From an uncultured Chloroflexia bacterium (GTDB lineage: Bacteria; Chloroflexota; Limnocylindria; Limnocylindrales; CSP1-4), in assembly GCA_963813335.1 (NCBI GenBank), contig CAWEYL010000007.1, forward strand, positions 1 through 64,000: DNA of 64,000 bases, given 5' to 3'. Shown here one piece after another: positions 49,017 through 59,265 of the stretch. The notes below the pieces were generated by a model. It saw only the letters and a program-made list of their open reading frames with translations, was not told the DNA's origin and did no database searches. The translations under genes and the position numbers were made by a program. Numbering within the stretch: the stretch's first letter is position 1; the number at the start of each line of letters is the position of its first letter.

Positions 49017-50387
49017 TCAGGACCGGTCGAGGACGACCCGCCCGCGCTTGATGACGGTCCGCACGAGGTCGGCGGCCGGCCAGTACGGGATCTGGGCCGT
49101 GGTGGGAACCCGCCAGACCGTCAGGTCCGCCGACTTGCCCGGCTCGATCGACCCGATCTCGTCGGCGAGGCCGAGCGCCTGCGCGGCGTTGATCGTCACC
49201 GCGCTCAGGACCTCGTCGGGGGTCATGCGCAGGCCGACGCACGCCGCGGTCATCGCCAGCGGCAGGCTCGCGGTCGGCGAGGTGCCGGGGTTGAAGTCGG
49301 TCCCGATGGCGACGGGCACGCCGCGCTCGATGAACGTCCGCGCCGGGGCGTGGTGCTCCTTCATCAGGAACCAGGTCGTCACCGGGAGCAGGGTCGCGAC
49401 GACCGGCTCGCCCGCGTCCGCGGCCGCCGCGAGGGCGGCGATCCCGGCGTCGGACGGGGTCGCGAGGTGGTCCGCCGAGGCGGCACCGAGCTCCGCGGCC
49501 AGCTCCGCGCCACCGGACGGGGCGAGCTCATCGGCATGGAGGCGCACGCCCATCCCGTAGCCCGCGGCCGCCACCAGGATCCGGCGCGACTGATCGGCGC
49601 TGAAGACGCCGTCCTCGCAGAAGACGTCGCAGAAGCGGGCCCGGCCGTGGGCCGCGATCCCGGGCAGCTGCTCCTCGATGACTGATCGGACGTACGCCTC
49701 CGTGCCCGCGGGCCGGGCGCGGAACTCCGGGGCCACCGCGTGCGCCCCGAGGTAGGTGGGGACCACGTCGATCGGGCCCTCGGTCCCCAGCCGGAAGGCG
49801 GCGTCGACCAGCCGGATCTCCGTCTCGAGGTCCAGCCCGTAGCCGGACTTCGCCTCCACGGTCGTGACGCCGTGGCCCAGCATCTCGTCGAGCCAGCGCC
49901 GGCCGTGGGCCAGCAGGTCGTCGGTCGTCGCGGCGCGCGTCGCGGCGACCGTCGAGAGGATCCCGCCGCCCGCGGCGAGGATGTCGAGGTAGCCCGCGCC
50001 GGCCTGGCGCATGACGAGCTCGCCCTCGCGGGAGCCGCCGAACAGCAGGTGGGTGTGCGGGTCGATGAGGCCCGGCGTGACCGAGCCGCCGCGGGCGTCG
50101 ACCCGGGCGAAGCGGGCCAGCGGCAGCCCGTCCGCCTCGACGATCGCCTCGACGTCCGCGCGCGGTCCGACCGCCACGATGCGCCCGTCCCAGCACGCCA
50201 CGACGGGCGCGTCGGGGGCGTCCGGCCCGGTCGCCGGGTCGGCCCGCAGCCGGTCGACATCGCCCTGGTCGGGACCGGCCCGGACGCCGCCCGCCAGCGT
50301 CGCGATCTCGGCCGCGCCGACGATCAGCAGGCCGGGCGGGTTCTCGTCGGAGCGACCCCCGTGGATCAGCCGGAACCCGCCGCTCAC
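49017..50387 (-). CDS. hutI: Imidazolonepropionase
   Basis: PGLIDPHTH, GGGILSTV.ATR, EAKSGYGL, HADEL and TDFNPG. Confidence 0.96.
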   Translation of the reverse strand: MSGGFRLIHGGRSDENPPGLLIVGAAEIATLAGGVRAGPDQGDVDRLRADPATGPDAPDAPVVACWDGRIVAVGPRADVEAIVEADGLPLARFARVDARGGSVTPGLIDPHTHLLFGGSREGELVMRQAGAGYLDILAAGGGILSTVAATRAATTDDLLAHGRRWLDEMLGHGVTTVEAKSGYGLDLETEIRLVDAAFRLGTEGPIDVVPTYLGAHAVAPEFRARPAGTEAYVRSVIEEQLPGIAAHGRARFCDVFCEDGVFSADQSRRILVAAAGYGMGVRLHADELAPSGGAELAAELGAASADHLATPSDAGIAALAAAADAGEPVVATLLPVTTWFLMKEHHAPARTFIERGVPVAIGTDFNPGTSPTASLPLAMTAACVGLRMTPDEVLSAVTINAAQALGLADEIGSIEPGKSADLTVWRVPTTAQIPYWPAADLVRTVIKRGRVVLDRS

Positions 50388-50399
50388 GATGGCCGCCGG

Positions 50400-51365
50400 T
50401 CAGCGGGGCGACGCGGCGCGGGCAGCCTGCAGCCGCAGCTCCAGGGCCTGGAGCGGGCTGAAGTCGCGGAGGCGGAGGAAGGCGGCCGCGGCGGCGAGGC
50501 GCTCCTCGACCGGTGCGTCGCGCGAGGCGCCGGCGTGGTCGGCGACGGCGAGGAACGAGGCGACCGGCATCAGCCCGATCAGCTCGGACTCGGCGAGCTC
50601 GACGCCGTCCTCGGCGGCCACCTCGCGAACTGTCTCCCAGACGACCCACAGCGGTGTCGTCTCGAAGTCGAGCACGTTCATCGAGACCTGGGCCCGCCCG
50701 AGCTCCTCGATCCAGAACCCGTTGGCCTGGACGCGCGGCAGGCCGCCGCCCGACTCGCGGATGCGCCGCGCGATCCGCTTGGCCAGGTCGACGTCGCTCG
50801 AGTCGAGGTTGATGTTGTAGGCGATGAGGAACGGCCGGGCGCCGATGGCGACCGCGCCGGCGGACGGGTGCAGTCGCGCCGGCCCGAAATCGGGCTCGCG
50901 CCCGGGCTCGGCGATGTCGACCTTCAGGCCCTCGTACTGGCCGCGCCGGACGTCCGACAGCTTGACCCGGTCGTCGCGGCGCGCGGCGGCGGCATACAGG
51001 TAGACCGGCAGCTCGAATCGGTCCGCGACGCGCGCCCCGAAGTCGCGGGCGAGGGTGACGCAGTCATCGAGCGTGGTCTCGGCGAGCGGCACGAAGGGGA
51101 TGACGTCGACCGCCCCGATCCGCGGGTGCTCCCCGGTGTGGTCGTCCATGTCGATCTCGTGGATCGCCGTCGCGAGCAGCCGCTCGAGGGCCGCGACGAC
51201 CGGGCCGTGCTCGCCGGCCATCGTGAAGACCGAGCGGTTGTGGCTGGCGTCACTCGTCCGGTCGAGGAGGAAGACCCCGTCCACGCTCGAGATGGCCTCG
51301 GCGAGGCGGTCGACGACATCGAGGCGCCGACCCTCGGACACGTTCGGGACCAATTCGATGAGCAC
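50400..51365 (-). CDS. ftcd: Glutamate formimidoyltransferase (stand-alone N-terminal half of FTCD)
   Basis: ELVPNVSEGR, D..HNRSV.T, H.GEHPRIGAVDVIPFVP, GARPFLIAYNINL and QVSMN. Confidence 0.93.
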   Translation of the reverse strand: MLIELVPNVSEGRRLDVVDRLAEAISSVDGVFLLDRTSDASHNRSVFTMAGEHGPVVAALERLLATAIHEIDMDDHTGEHPRIGAVDVIPFVPLAETTLDDCVTLARDFGARVADRFELPVYLYAAAARRDDRVKLSDVRRGQYEGLKVDIAEPGREPDFGPARLHPSAGAVAIGARPFLIAYNINLDSSDVDLAKRIARRIRESGGGLPRVQANGFWIEELGRAQVSMNVLDFETTPLWVVWETVREVAAEDGVELAESELIGLMPVASFLAVADHAGASRDAPVEERLAAAAAFLRLRDFSPLQALELRLQAARAASPR

Positions 51366-51415
51366 GGGTCGATGCTAGGCCTCTTTCCGGGCCGAGGAAC
51401 GCCCGCCGCGCGCCG

Positions 51416-53075
51416 TCAGCCGTCGAGCATCGGGACGCGGACCCCGCGCTCGCGGGCCACCTCGCGGGCGCGCTCGTAGCCGGCATCGGCGTGGCGGAGT
51501 ACGCCCATCGCCGGATCCGTGGTCAGGACCCGTTCGAGCTTCTCGGCCGCCAGCGGCGTCCCGTCGGCCACGACCACCATCCCGGCGTGCTGGCTGTAGC
51601 CGATCCCCGTCCCGCCACCATGGTGGATCGAGACCCACGTCGCGCCGGCGGCCGTGTTGACCAGGGCGTTGAGCAGTGGCCAGTCCGCGACCGCGTCCGA
51701 GCCGTCGGCCATCGCTTCGGTCTCGCGGTTCGGGGAGGCGACCGAGCCGGAGTCGAGATGGTCCCGCCCGATCACGATCGGCGCGGCGACCTCGCCCGTG
51801 CGCACGAGCTCGTTGAAGGCGAGCCCGGCGCGCGCGCGCTCGCCGTAGCCCAGCCAGCAGATCCGCGCCGGCAGCCCCTGGAACGGCACCCGCTCCTCGG
51901 CCATCGCGATCCAGCGCTGGAGGCCGGCATCGTCGGGGAAGAGCTCGAGCACGGCCCGATCGGTCCGCCGGATGTCGGCGGGATCGCCCGACAGGGCCAC
52001 CCAGCGGAACGGCCCGCGTCCCTCGCAGAACTGCGGCCGGATGAAGGCCGGGACGAAGCCGGGGTACGCGAACGCGTCCTCGACCCCGGCCTCCTGGGCG
52101 ACGGCGCGCAGGTTGTTGCCGTAGTCGAAGACCACGGCGCCGGAGCGCTGGAACTCGAGCATCGCGCGGACGTGCGCCGCCATCGAGGCGCGCGCGCGTC
52201 GCTCGTACTCGGCCGGGAGCCGCGTGCGGAGCTCGATGGCATCGGCCAGCGCGATCTCCGCCGGGACGTAGCCGCCGAGCGGGTCGTGGGCGGAGGTCTG
52301 GTCGGTCACCAGGTCGAACCGCTCCCCGGCGGCGGCCCAGGCGGGCTCGATCTCGGCGGCGTTGCCGACGAGCGCGATGCTGACCGCCTCGCGGCGGGCG
52401 GCCGCCTCGCGCGCCCAGGCGAGCGCCTCCGCGGGGTCGTGGGTCAGCCGGTCGACGTAGCCGATGTCGAGACGCCGGCGGGCCCGCGCCTCGTCGACCT
52501 CGATGACGATGGCCGCGCCGTCGTTCATGGTCACCGCGAGCGGCTGCGCCCCGCCCATCCCGCCGAGCCCCGCCGTCAGCGTCACGGTCCCGCGGAGCGT
52601 CCCGCCGAAGTGCTGGCGAGCCGCCTCGGCGAACGTCTCGAAGGTGCCCTGCAGGATGCCCTGGGTCCCGATGTAGATCCACGACCCGGCGGTCATCTGC
52701 CCGTACATCATCAGGCCGCGCCGCTCGAGGTCGCGGAAGACCTCCCACGTCGCCCACTTGCCGACGAGGTTCGAGTTGGCGATGAGGACGCGCGGCGCCC
52801 ACGGATGCGTGCGCAGGACGCCGACGGGCTTGCCCGACTGGACCAGGAGCGTCTCGTCGTCCCCGAGCGCGCGCAGCTCCCGGACGATGGCGTCGAAGGC
52901 ATCCCAGCTCCGTGCCGCGCGCCCGGTCCCGCCGTACACGACGAGGTGGTCGGGGTCCTCCGCGACCTCCGGGTCGAGGTTGTTCATCAGCATCCGGAGC
53001 ACGGCCTCCTGCTGCCAGCCGCGGCAGGTCAGCCTCGGATCCGCGAGGGGCTCGGACGGGTCGTGGTCCGGACAT
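51416..53075 (-). CDS. hutU: Urocanate hydratase; apparent +1 frameshift near 53034
   Basis: [34 protein letters not shown] and [18 protein letters not shown]; the N-terminus [16 protein letters not shown] spans the shift. Confidence 0.96.
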
Positions 53076-53085
53076 CGGGACGAGC

Positions 53086-53733
53086 CTACTCCCGCAGGTC
53101 CGTGACGATCTGCTCGCCCAGCCGGCGCGACCCCAGCGACGTCACCGAGACAAGGAGGCCGTCGCCCAGGTGGACGTGGTACGTGGTGGCGCCGCCCTGG
53201 CAGGTCCCGACGAGGACGTCGCGGCCGGCGATCGTGCGCGCCTCGGACCCGGCGGTCCCGCCCGCCTGCGCGCAGGCCACCTGGTCGTAGGCCGCCCGGA
53301 AGATCTCGCGGAAGATCGGGTTGTCGACGCCGGGGCGCAGCTTGACCACGCTGGCCACCGCGAGATCGTCACCGTTCGAGCCGCCTGGGGCCACGACGAT
53401 GGCCATCGCGATCGCCTCCGCGTTGGCGGCCAGGGTCGGGTCGGCTGCGACCGTCGCCGCCGTGGTGGGGTCAGGCGCCAGCGGGAGCCCGTCGACCGCG
53501 GCGGGCAGGTGGCCCAGCAGGGCCGGGTCGACGACGACCACGTTGCCGGACGCCGCCGGCGATCCGCTCGCGCTGGGGGCCGCCGCGGTCGGTGTCGGGA
53601 CGGGCGACGCGGTCGGCGTCGGGGTCGGGTCCGCCGGGACGCGGTTGACCGTCACGCAGCCGGTCAGGCTCACGAGCACGAGCGCGACCGCGATGCCGAG
53701 GAAGGGCCATGCCGGCGGACGATGGCGTCGCAT
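53086..53733 (-). CDS. Hypothetical lipoprotein
   Basis: Lipobox LTGC, PT/PS linker, two further Cys. Confidence 0.7.
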   Translation of the reverse strand: MRRHRPPAWPFLGIAVALVLVSLTGCVTVNRVPADPTPTPTASPVPTPTAAAPSASGSPAASGNVVVVDPALLGHLPAAVDGLPLAPDPTTAATVAADPTLAANAEAIAMAIVVAPGGSNGDDLAVASVVKLRPGVDNPIFREIFRAAYDQVACAQAGGTAGSEARTIAGRDVLVGTCQGGATTYHVHLGDGLLVSVTSLGSRRLGEQIVTDLRE

Positions 53734-53738
53734 GCCGC

Positions 53739-54524
53739 TCAGGCCAGCTCCCGGCGCATGACCGGGAAGCGCTCGTCGGCGATCGCCAGCGCGAATCCCG
53801 CCGCGAGCCAGAACGCCGGCGTCGCCGCGCTGGTCGCGTCGGCCCGGGCGGCCGCTTCCGGGTAGGCCTCCACGGCGGTGAAGCCGCGCGCCTCGAGGTC
53901 CTCGCAGACGGCCGCGACCAGGCGGAGGCCCAGTCCGCTGCCACGCGCGGCCGCGGTCGTCGCGATGCACGTGATGACCGCGGGGAGCGGCGCGTCCGGC
54001 AGCGCCGGGTACAGGTCGCGCGTCCGCTGCGCGCGCGGGTACGCCGTCAGCGGCCCGAACTGGCAGTAGGCCGCGGCGACATCGTCCTGGTAGAGGACCT
54101 TGGCGTAGCTGCCGGTCACCTTCAGGCCGCGGCCGAGGAGCTGCCACTTGCGTGGCGCGTCCGGGTCGGCTGCCGGCGGTGCCGGCGGCGGCGGCGCGAA
54201 CGGGTTGGCGATCGCCGGCGCCGCCTCGTCGAGGAACGGATTCGCCGGCCGGCTGGCCGCGGGCGGCGCGAACGGGTTCGGGGCATCGGCCCGCGCGCCC
54301 GTCGCGTCGGCGAGGAACGGGTTGGCCGGCGCCGGCCGGCGTCCCGCGTCGGGGCTCGGCGGCGTCGCCTCAAGCCACGCGAGACGGGACGACTTCGAGC
54401 CGCGGGCGGCGTCCTCCCAGTAGTCGCAGGTGCGATGGTCGAAGCCGGGATCCGCGCAGGGCGGCAAAGCCCGGAACACGGCTTCGTCCAGGACGTCGGC
54501 GATGCGGATGCGCGGGTCGGTCAT
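53739..54524 (-). CDS. GNAT-family acetyltransferase with Pro-rich NPF-repeat insertion
   Basis: YCQFGP, VITCI....ARGSGLG, AVEAYP and FWLAAGF; four NPF motifs. Confidence 0.8.
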   Translation of the reverse strand: MTDPRIRIADVLDEAVFRALPPCADPGFDHRTCDYWEDAARGSKSSRLAWLEATPPSPDAGRRPAPANPFLADATGARADAPNPFAPPAASRPANPFLDEAAPAIANPFAPPPPAPPAADPDAPRKWQLLGRGLKVTGSYAKVLYQDDVAAAYCQFGPLTAYPRAQRTRDLYPALPDAPLPAVITCIATTAAARGSGLGLRLVAAVCEDLEARGFTAVEAYPEAAARADATSAATPAFWLAAGFALAIADERFPVMRRELA

Positions 54525-54643
54525 GGCATCTCCGAGTCTACGGCGCGATGTGGGTCGAGGGGCTTGTCCGATTTGCTACAGTCGGCTCGCGGCGGCCCTT
54601 CGGCGACACGGCTCGTCGAACCATCACGTGAAGGCAGGGACTG

Positions 54644-55246
54644 GTGCCCGGATCCAAAGAGTTGGACGCCTACGCGGTCCTCGGCGTCGACCCCGCCGCG
54701 GACGACGAGACGGTGGCCGCCGCCTACCGCGCCCTGGCGCGCCGCCTCCACCCGGACGTGGCGGGCGACGGAGCCACGCACCAGATGTCCGTCGTCAACG
54801 CGGCATTCGACCGGGTCCGCGACCCGAAGCGCCGGCGCGAGTACGACGAAGAGCTGCAGGAGATCGACCCGGCCCGTGCGGCCCGCGCCCGGGCCCGGCC
54901 GCGCGGCGCTCGCGTGCGATCCTCCTCGACGACCGCGGCGCCCCCGCCGCCGCAGGAGCCCGAGCACCATCGCGCCCCGTCGCCATACCACGAGTTCGAC
55001 GACTCCTCGGGCCGCGACGGGACCGGCGGCGCCGGCCGCCCGCCCGGCCGGCCGTCCGGGAGCGTGCTGACGTTCGGGCGCCACCTCGGCTGGTCGATCG
55101 GCGAGATCGCCCGGGTCGATCCCGGCTACCTGACCTGGCTCGAGGAGCGGCGCGAGGGCCGGCCGTACCTCGACGAGATCGACGCCACGCTCCGGCGCAT
55201 CGGCTACCGCGAGGACCACGTCCCCCCGCCCCAGAAGCGGCGCTGA
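54644..55246 (+). CDS. J-domain protein with C-terminal DUF3820-like (FG.H.G...YL.WL) module
   Basis: DAYAVLGV, AYRALARRLHPD, VNAAF and DP.RRREYD; then LTFGRHLGWSIGEIARVDPGYLTWL. Confidence 0.85.
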   Translation: MPGSKELDAYAVLGVDPAADDETVAAAYRALARRLHPDVAGDGATHQMSVVNAAFDRVRDPKRRREYDEELQEIDPARAARARARPRGARVRSSSTTAAPPPPQEPEHHRAPSPYHEFDDSSGRDGTGGAGRPPGRPSGSVLTFGRHLGWSIGEIARVDPGYLTWLEERREGRPYLDEIDATLRRIGYREDHVPPPQKRR

Positions 55247-55273
55247 CCGGCCTGCGCTGATCGCCGCGCGGGG

Positions 55274-56908
55274 TCAGCCGGCGAGATCCACGAGCGCGCC
55301 TCGGTGGACCAGGTCCGTCGCGGCGGCCAGGTCGGGACCAGGCTCGCGGTCCTCGTCGAGGTGCGCCACCACCGCCCGGATGCGGGCCAGCGCGTCGCGG
55401 ACCCCCACCCCCGGCGCCGGCGAATCGGCCGGGGCCAGTCGCAGGTCGAGCGCCTGCGCCGCCACGAGCGCCTCGATCGCCAGGATCCGCTCGACCCCCT
55501 CGAGCACCAGGCCGGCATGTCGTGCGGCCGTCGCGCCCATCGACACGTGGTCCTCCTGGTTGGCGCTCGTCGGGATCGAATTGGCCGAGGATGGATGGGC
55601 CAGCACCTTGTGCTCCGAGGCCAGGGCCGCCGCCGTGTACTGGTAGATCATCATCCCGGAGTCGATCCCGGACGACGCGGCAAGGAACGGCGGCAGCCCG
55701 CCGTTGAGCCGCGCATCGACCAGCAGGGCCGTCCGCCGCTCGCTGATCGCCCCCAGCTCCGCGAGCGCGAGCTTCGCGAAGTCGAGCGCCAGGGCGATGG
55801 GCTCGCCGTGGAAGTTGCCGCCGCTGATGACCCGCCCGCCGCCGGTCGCGATCGTGTCGGCGTCGGCGACGCCGCCGCCGGGGAAGACCAGCGGGTTGTC
55901 GGTCGCCGAGTTCAGCTCGATGTCGAGGACGCGACGGAGGTGGTCGAGGGCGTCGCGGACCGCGCCGTGGACCTGCGGGACGCAGCGCAGCGAGTACGGG
56001 TCCTGCACCTTGTGCGCCGAGGCGTGATGGCTGTGCTGGAGCTCGCTGTCGCGCAGCAGGTGGCGGAGCTCGGCCGCGACCGCGACCTGACCGGGGTGGG
56101 GCCGCGCCAGCTGGTAGGCCGCGGCATACGCGACATCGGTGCCGAGCAGGGCCTCCACGCTCATGGCGGCGACCACCGACGCCGTCCGCGTCAGGCGATC
56201 CGCGTCGGCGAGCAGGAGCGCCCCGATCGCGCCCATCAGCTGGGTGCCGTTGAGCAGCGCGAGGCCCTCCTTGGCCTGCAGCTCGAGCGGCTCGAGGCCG
56301 ACCTCGCGGAGGGCGAGGAGCGCGGGCAACGTCGCCCCGCGGAACTCGACCTGACCCTGGCCGATGATCGGCAGCGCGAGGTGGGCGAGCGGCGCGAGAT
56401 CGCCCGAGGCGCCGACGCTGCCCTGCTCGGGCACGACCGGGTGGATCCCGAGCTCGAGGAACGCGAGCAGGCGATCGACCAGCTCCGGCCGGCAGCCGCT
56501 ATGGCCGAGGGCCAGGGTATTGGCCCGCAGCAGCAGCATGGCCCGCACGATCTCGCGCGGGAACGGCGTCCCGACGCCGGCGGCATGGCTCATCAGCAGA
56601 CGGCGCTGGAGCTCGGCCGAGCGGGCCGGGTCCACGAACGTGGTCGCGAGATCGCCGAACCCGGTCGTCACGCCGTAGACGACCGCGCCGTCCGCGACGA
56701 GCCTCGCGATGACCGCCCGGGCCTCCGCCATCCGCTCCCGGGCGTGGACGTCGAGGGCGACCGGCGCCCCGCCGCGTGCCACCGCCTCGACGTCGGCGAT
56801 GGTCAGGTCGGCGCCGGTCAGCACGACCCGTGGAGGTCGGTCCGTCGCGCCGCCTCGAGGGGCGCCCCCGCGGTCCGGGGTGAAGTGCGGGACCTCCGGC
56901 TCACTCAC
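55274..56908 (-). CDS. hutH: Histidine ammonia-lyase
   Basis: YGVTTGFG, MSHAAG, GASGDLAPL (MIO-forming ASG), QDPYSLRCVPQVHG and SANQEDHVSM. Confidence 0.96.
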   Translation of the reverse strand: MSEPEVPHFTPDRGGAPRGGATDRPPRVVLTGADLTIADVEAVARGGAPVALDVHARERMAEARAVIARLVADGAVVYGVTTGFGDLATTFVDPARSAELQRRLLMSHAAGVGTPFPREIVRAMLLLRANTLALGHSGCRPELVDRLLAFLELGIHPVVPEQGSVGASGDLAPLAHLALPIIGQGQVEFRGATLPALLALREVGLEPLELQAKEGLALLNGTQLMGAIGALLLADADRLTRTASVVAAMSVEALLGTDVAYAAAYQLARPHPGQVAVAAELRHLLRDSELQHSHHASAHKVQDPYSLRCVPQVHGAVRDALDHLRRVLDIELNSATDNPLVFPGGGVADADTIATGGGRVISGGNFHGEPIALALDFAKLALAELGAISERRTALLVDARLNGGLPPFLAASSGIDSGMMIYQYTAAALASEHKVLAHPSSANSIPTSANQEDHVSMGATAARHAGLVLEGVERILAIEALVAAQALDLRLAPADSPAPGVGVRDALARIRAVVAHLDEDREPGPDLAAATDLVHRGALVDLAG

Positions 56909-56969
56909 CGTTGCGAGGATAGTCGGGTATCCTCCGGGCCGTCCGCCTCCCCGTCACCCAGAGGGCCGC

Positions 56970-57656
56970 GTGCTCGCGTTCATCGACCAGATCGTCATCC
57001 CGTTCCTGAACAGCCTGTACGGCGCCGTCGGCTACGTCGGCGTGATGCTGGCGATGGCCATCGAGTCGGCGATGATCCCGCTCCCCTCGGAGCTGATCCT
57101 CCCGTACGCGGGGTTCCTGGTCTCGGACCCGAGCCAGCTCGAACCGCTGACCGGATCGCCGTGGAACTTCTGGATCGTGGTGGTGTTCGCCACGATCGGG
57201 AACACGCTCGGCTCGCTGATCGCCTACGCCATCGGCGCGTACGGCGGCCGCCCGTTCCTCGAGCGCTACGGCAAGTACCTCCTGATCCGCCAGCACGAGA
57301 TCGACCTCGCGGACCGGTTCTTCCAGGAGCACGGCAACGCGACGGTGTTCATCGGCCGGCTGCTGCCGATCGTCCGGACCTTCATCAGCTTCCCGGCCGG
57401 CGTGGCCCGGATGCGGCTCGGGCCGTTCATCCTCTACTCGACCGCCGGGGCGTTCCTGTGGTCGGCGCTGCTCGTCTATGCGGGCACCGTGCTGGGCGCC
57501 AACTGGGCGGACATCCGCCACGCCCTGCAGCCGTTCGACCTCCTGATCGCGGTCGCGGTGGTCGGGGCGATCGTCCTGTTCGTCTGGTGGCGCCTGGGGA
57601 CACCTGGCAGGCCGGGGCGCTCCGCCTCCGACGAGCCGCCGACGACCGCCGCCTGA
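56970..57656 (+). CDS. DedA family membrane protein
   Basis: ESAMIPLPSELILP.AG and GRLLPIVRTFISFPAG. Confidence 0.92.
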   Translation: MLAFIDQIVIPFLNSLYGAVGYVGVMLAMAIESAMIPLPSELILPYAGFLVSDPSQLEPLTGSPWNFWIVVVFATIGNTLGSLIAYAIGAYGGRPFLERYGKYLLIRQHEIDLADRFFQEHGNATVFIGRLLPIVRTFISFPAGVARMRLGPFILYSTAGAFLWSALLVYAGTVLGANWADIRHALQPFDLLIAVAVVGAIVLFVWWRLGTPGRPGRSASDEPPTTAA

Positions 57657-57675
57657 GCGGGGTCCGAGCCGGAGA

Positions 57676-58957
57676 TCAGGTGCGGGTCGCCCGCTCCTCC
57701 GGCGGCCGGACGTGCCGGAACTCGCGGTAGAGCAGCAGGTCGTACACGATCTTGCATCCGCCGGCGAGGTAGAACGGCAGGGCCGCGTAGCCGGCGCTCG
57801 CCATCAGGACCGAGGAGAACGACGGGGAGATCGCGGCCCCGGTCGTGCGGGCCACGCCGGTCACCCCCGCGGCCGCGGACCGCTCGTCCGGATCCACGAC
57901 CGCCATCACGTACGACTGGCGGGTCGGCACGTCCATCTGGCTGAGCACGAAGCGAAGCAGCAGGACCGCCGACTGCGAGCGGCAACGTCGGCATCAGCGG
58001 CACGAGGATCAGCAGGACGTTGGACGGCAGGTGGGTGAAGACCATCGTGTTGATCAGGCCGAACCGGGCGGCGATCCGGGCGGCCGACAGCGACGACACC
58101 GCGGCCAGGAGGTTGGCGGCGAAGAAGATGAGCCCCGAGCGCCCCGGGATCGACGCCGAACTGTGTGTGGAACCAGAAGGCCATGAGGCTCTGCGGGATG
58201 AACCCGCCGCCGAAGGCGTCGAGGCTGAACAGCAGCGACGAGCCGCAGGACGATGCCCTTCGACCGGCCGAGGCCGAGGCGGCGCCGGATCCCGTCGGTG
58301 GCGGTCGCCCGGGGCGGCGCCTCGATGGTCGGCCCGAGGCGCGAGAACCCGAGCGCCATCGCGGCCCCGAAGACCGCGTAGCCGATCACGATGGCGCGGT
58401 AGGCATCGACCGGCGGGGCACCGCGATCGAGCAGCACCTGGCTCAGGAGCCCGGCGCCGAGCGCTCCGGTCGCCGTGGCCACGTATCCGGCCAGGTTGTA
58501 CCAGGCGAAGGTCGCCGTCCGGCGGCCGTCGGGGACGGTCTGCGACAGCGACGCCTGCTCGACGGCGAGGAACGGCCCGACCTCGTTGCCGGTCGGCGAG
58601 ATGACCCCGATCGTCGCGGCGAGGATCAGCAGCGGCACCCAGTCGGTGGCCGCGAACACGATCCCGGCGACCACCATCAGCAGTGCTCCGCCGACGAGGA
58701 TGCGGCGCCGGCCGAAGTGGTCGGCGTTGGTCGTGAGCCAGAGCGAGATGACCGTGTCGCCGATGAGCGTCAGCGTCAGCACGATCCCGACCGTGATGGC
58801 GTCGAGTCCCATGGCGTCGAGGTACAGCACCAGGACCACGGCGAGGAAGCCGTAGCGCGAACATCCGCAGCGTCCGCATCAGGAACAGCAGCCGGGCGTC
58901 GCGGTCCAGCGCGAGGAGGCTGGGGATCAGCCCGGGGTCCGGCGACGTGGCGGTCAC
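57676..58957 (-). CDS. MFS transporter; about four apparent frameshifts (near 58856, 58236, 58140 and 57972)
   Basis: [33 protein letters not shown] and [11 protein letters not shown] found in successive frames. Confidence 0.85.
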
Positions 58958-59028
58958 GCCGGGAGTCTACGGGCCGGGCGATGGCGTCCGCCGTCTGCGA
59001 TGATGCCGCCGGAGGTCCAGACCAGACG

Positions 59029-59265
59029 ATGAGCCACGATCCTCACGCCGACGACGAGCCGGGCCACGCCGGATCCGCGGGCCTGCATCACGCCGCGGAC
59101 GACCATGGCGACGACGGCGAGCACGACGACCACGCCCATGCCGAAGAGCCGCTCGGCCCGCTCGACCTCAAGGCGTGGGGCGCCGGCCTCCTCGGCGTCG
59201 CAGTCGCGGCGGTGATCGTCGCCTGCTTCGCCCTCTCGACGGGAGTGCTCGGCACCGTCTCCTAG
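59029..59265 (+). CDS. Small His/Asp-rich single-TM protein
   Basis: GGAGG RBS; [40 protein letters not shown] followed by a TM helix. Confidence 0.7.
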   Translation: MSHDPHADDEPGHAGSAGLHHAADDHGDDGEHDDHAHAEEPLGPLDLKAWGAGLLGVAVAAVIVACFALSTGVLGTVS

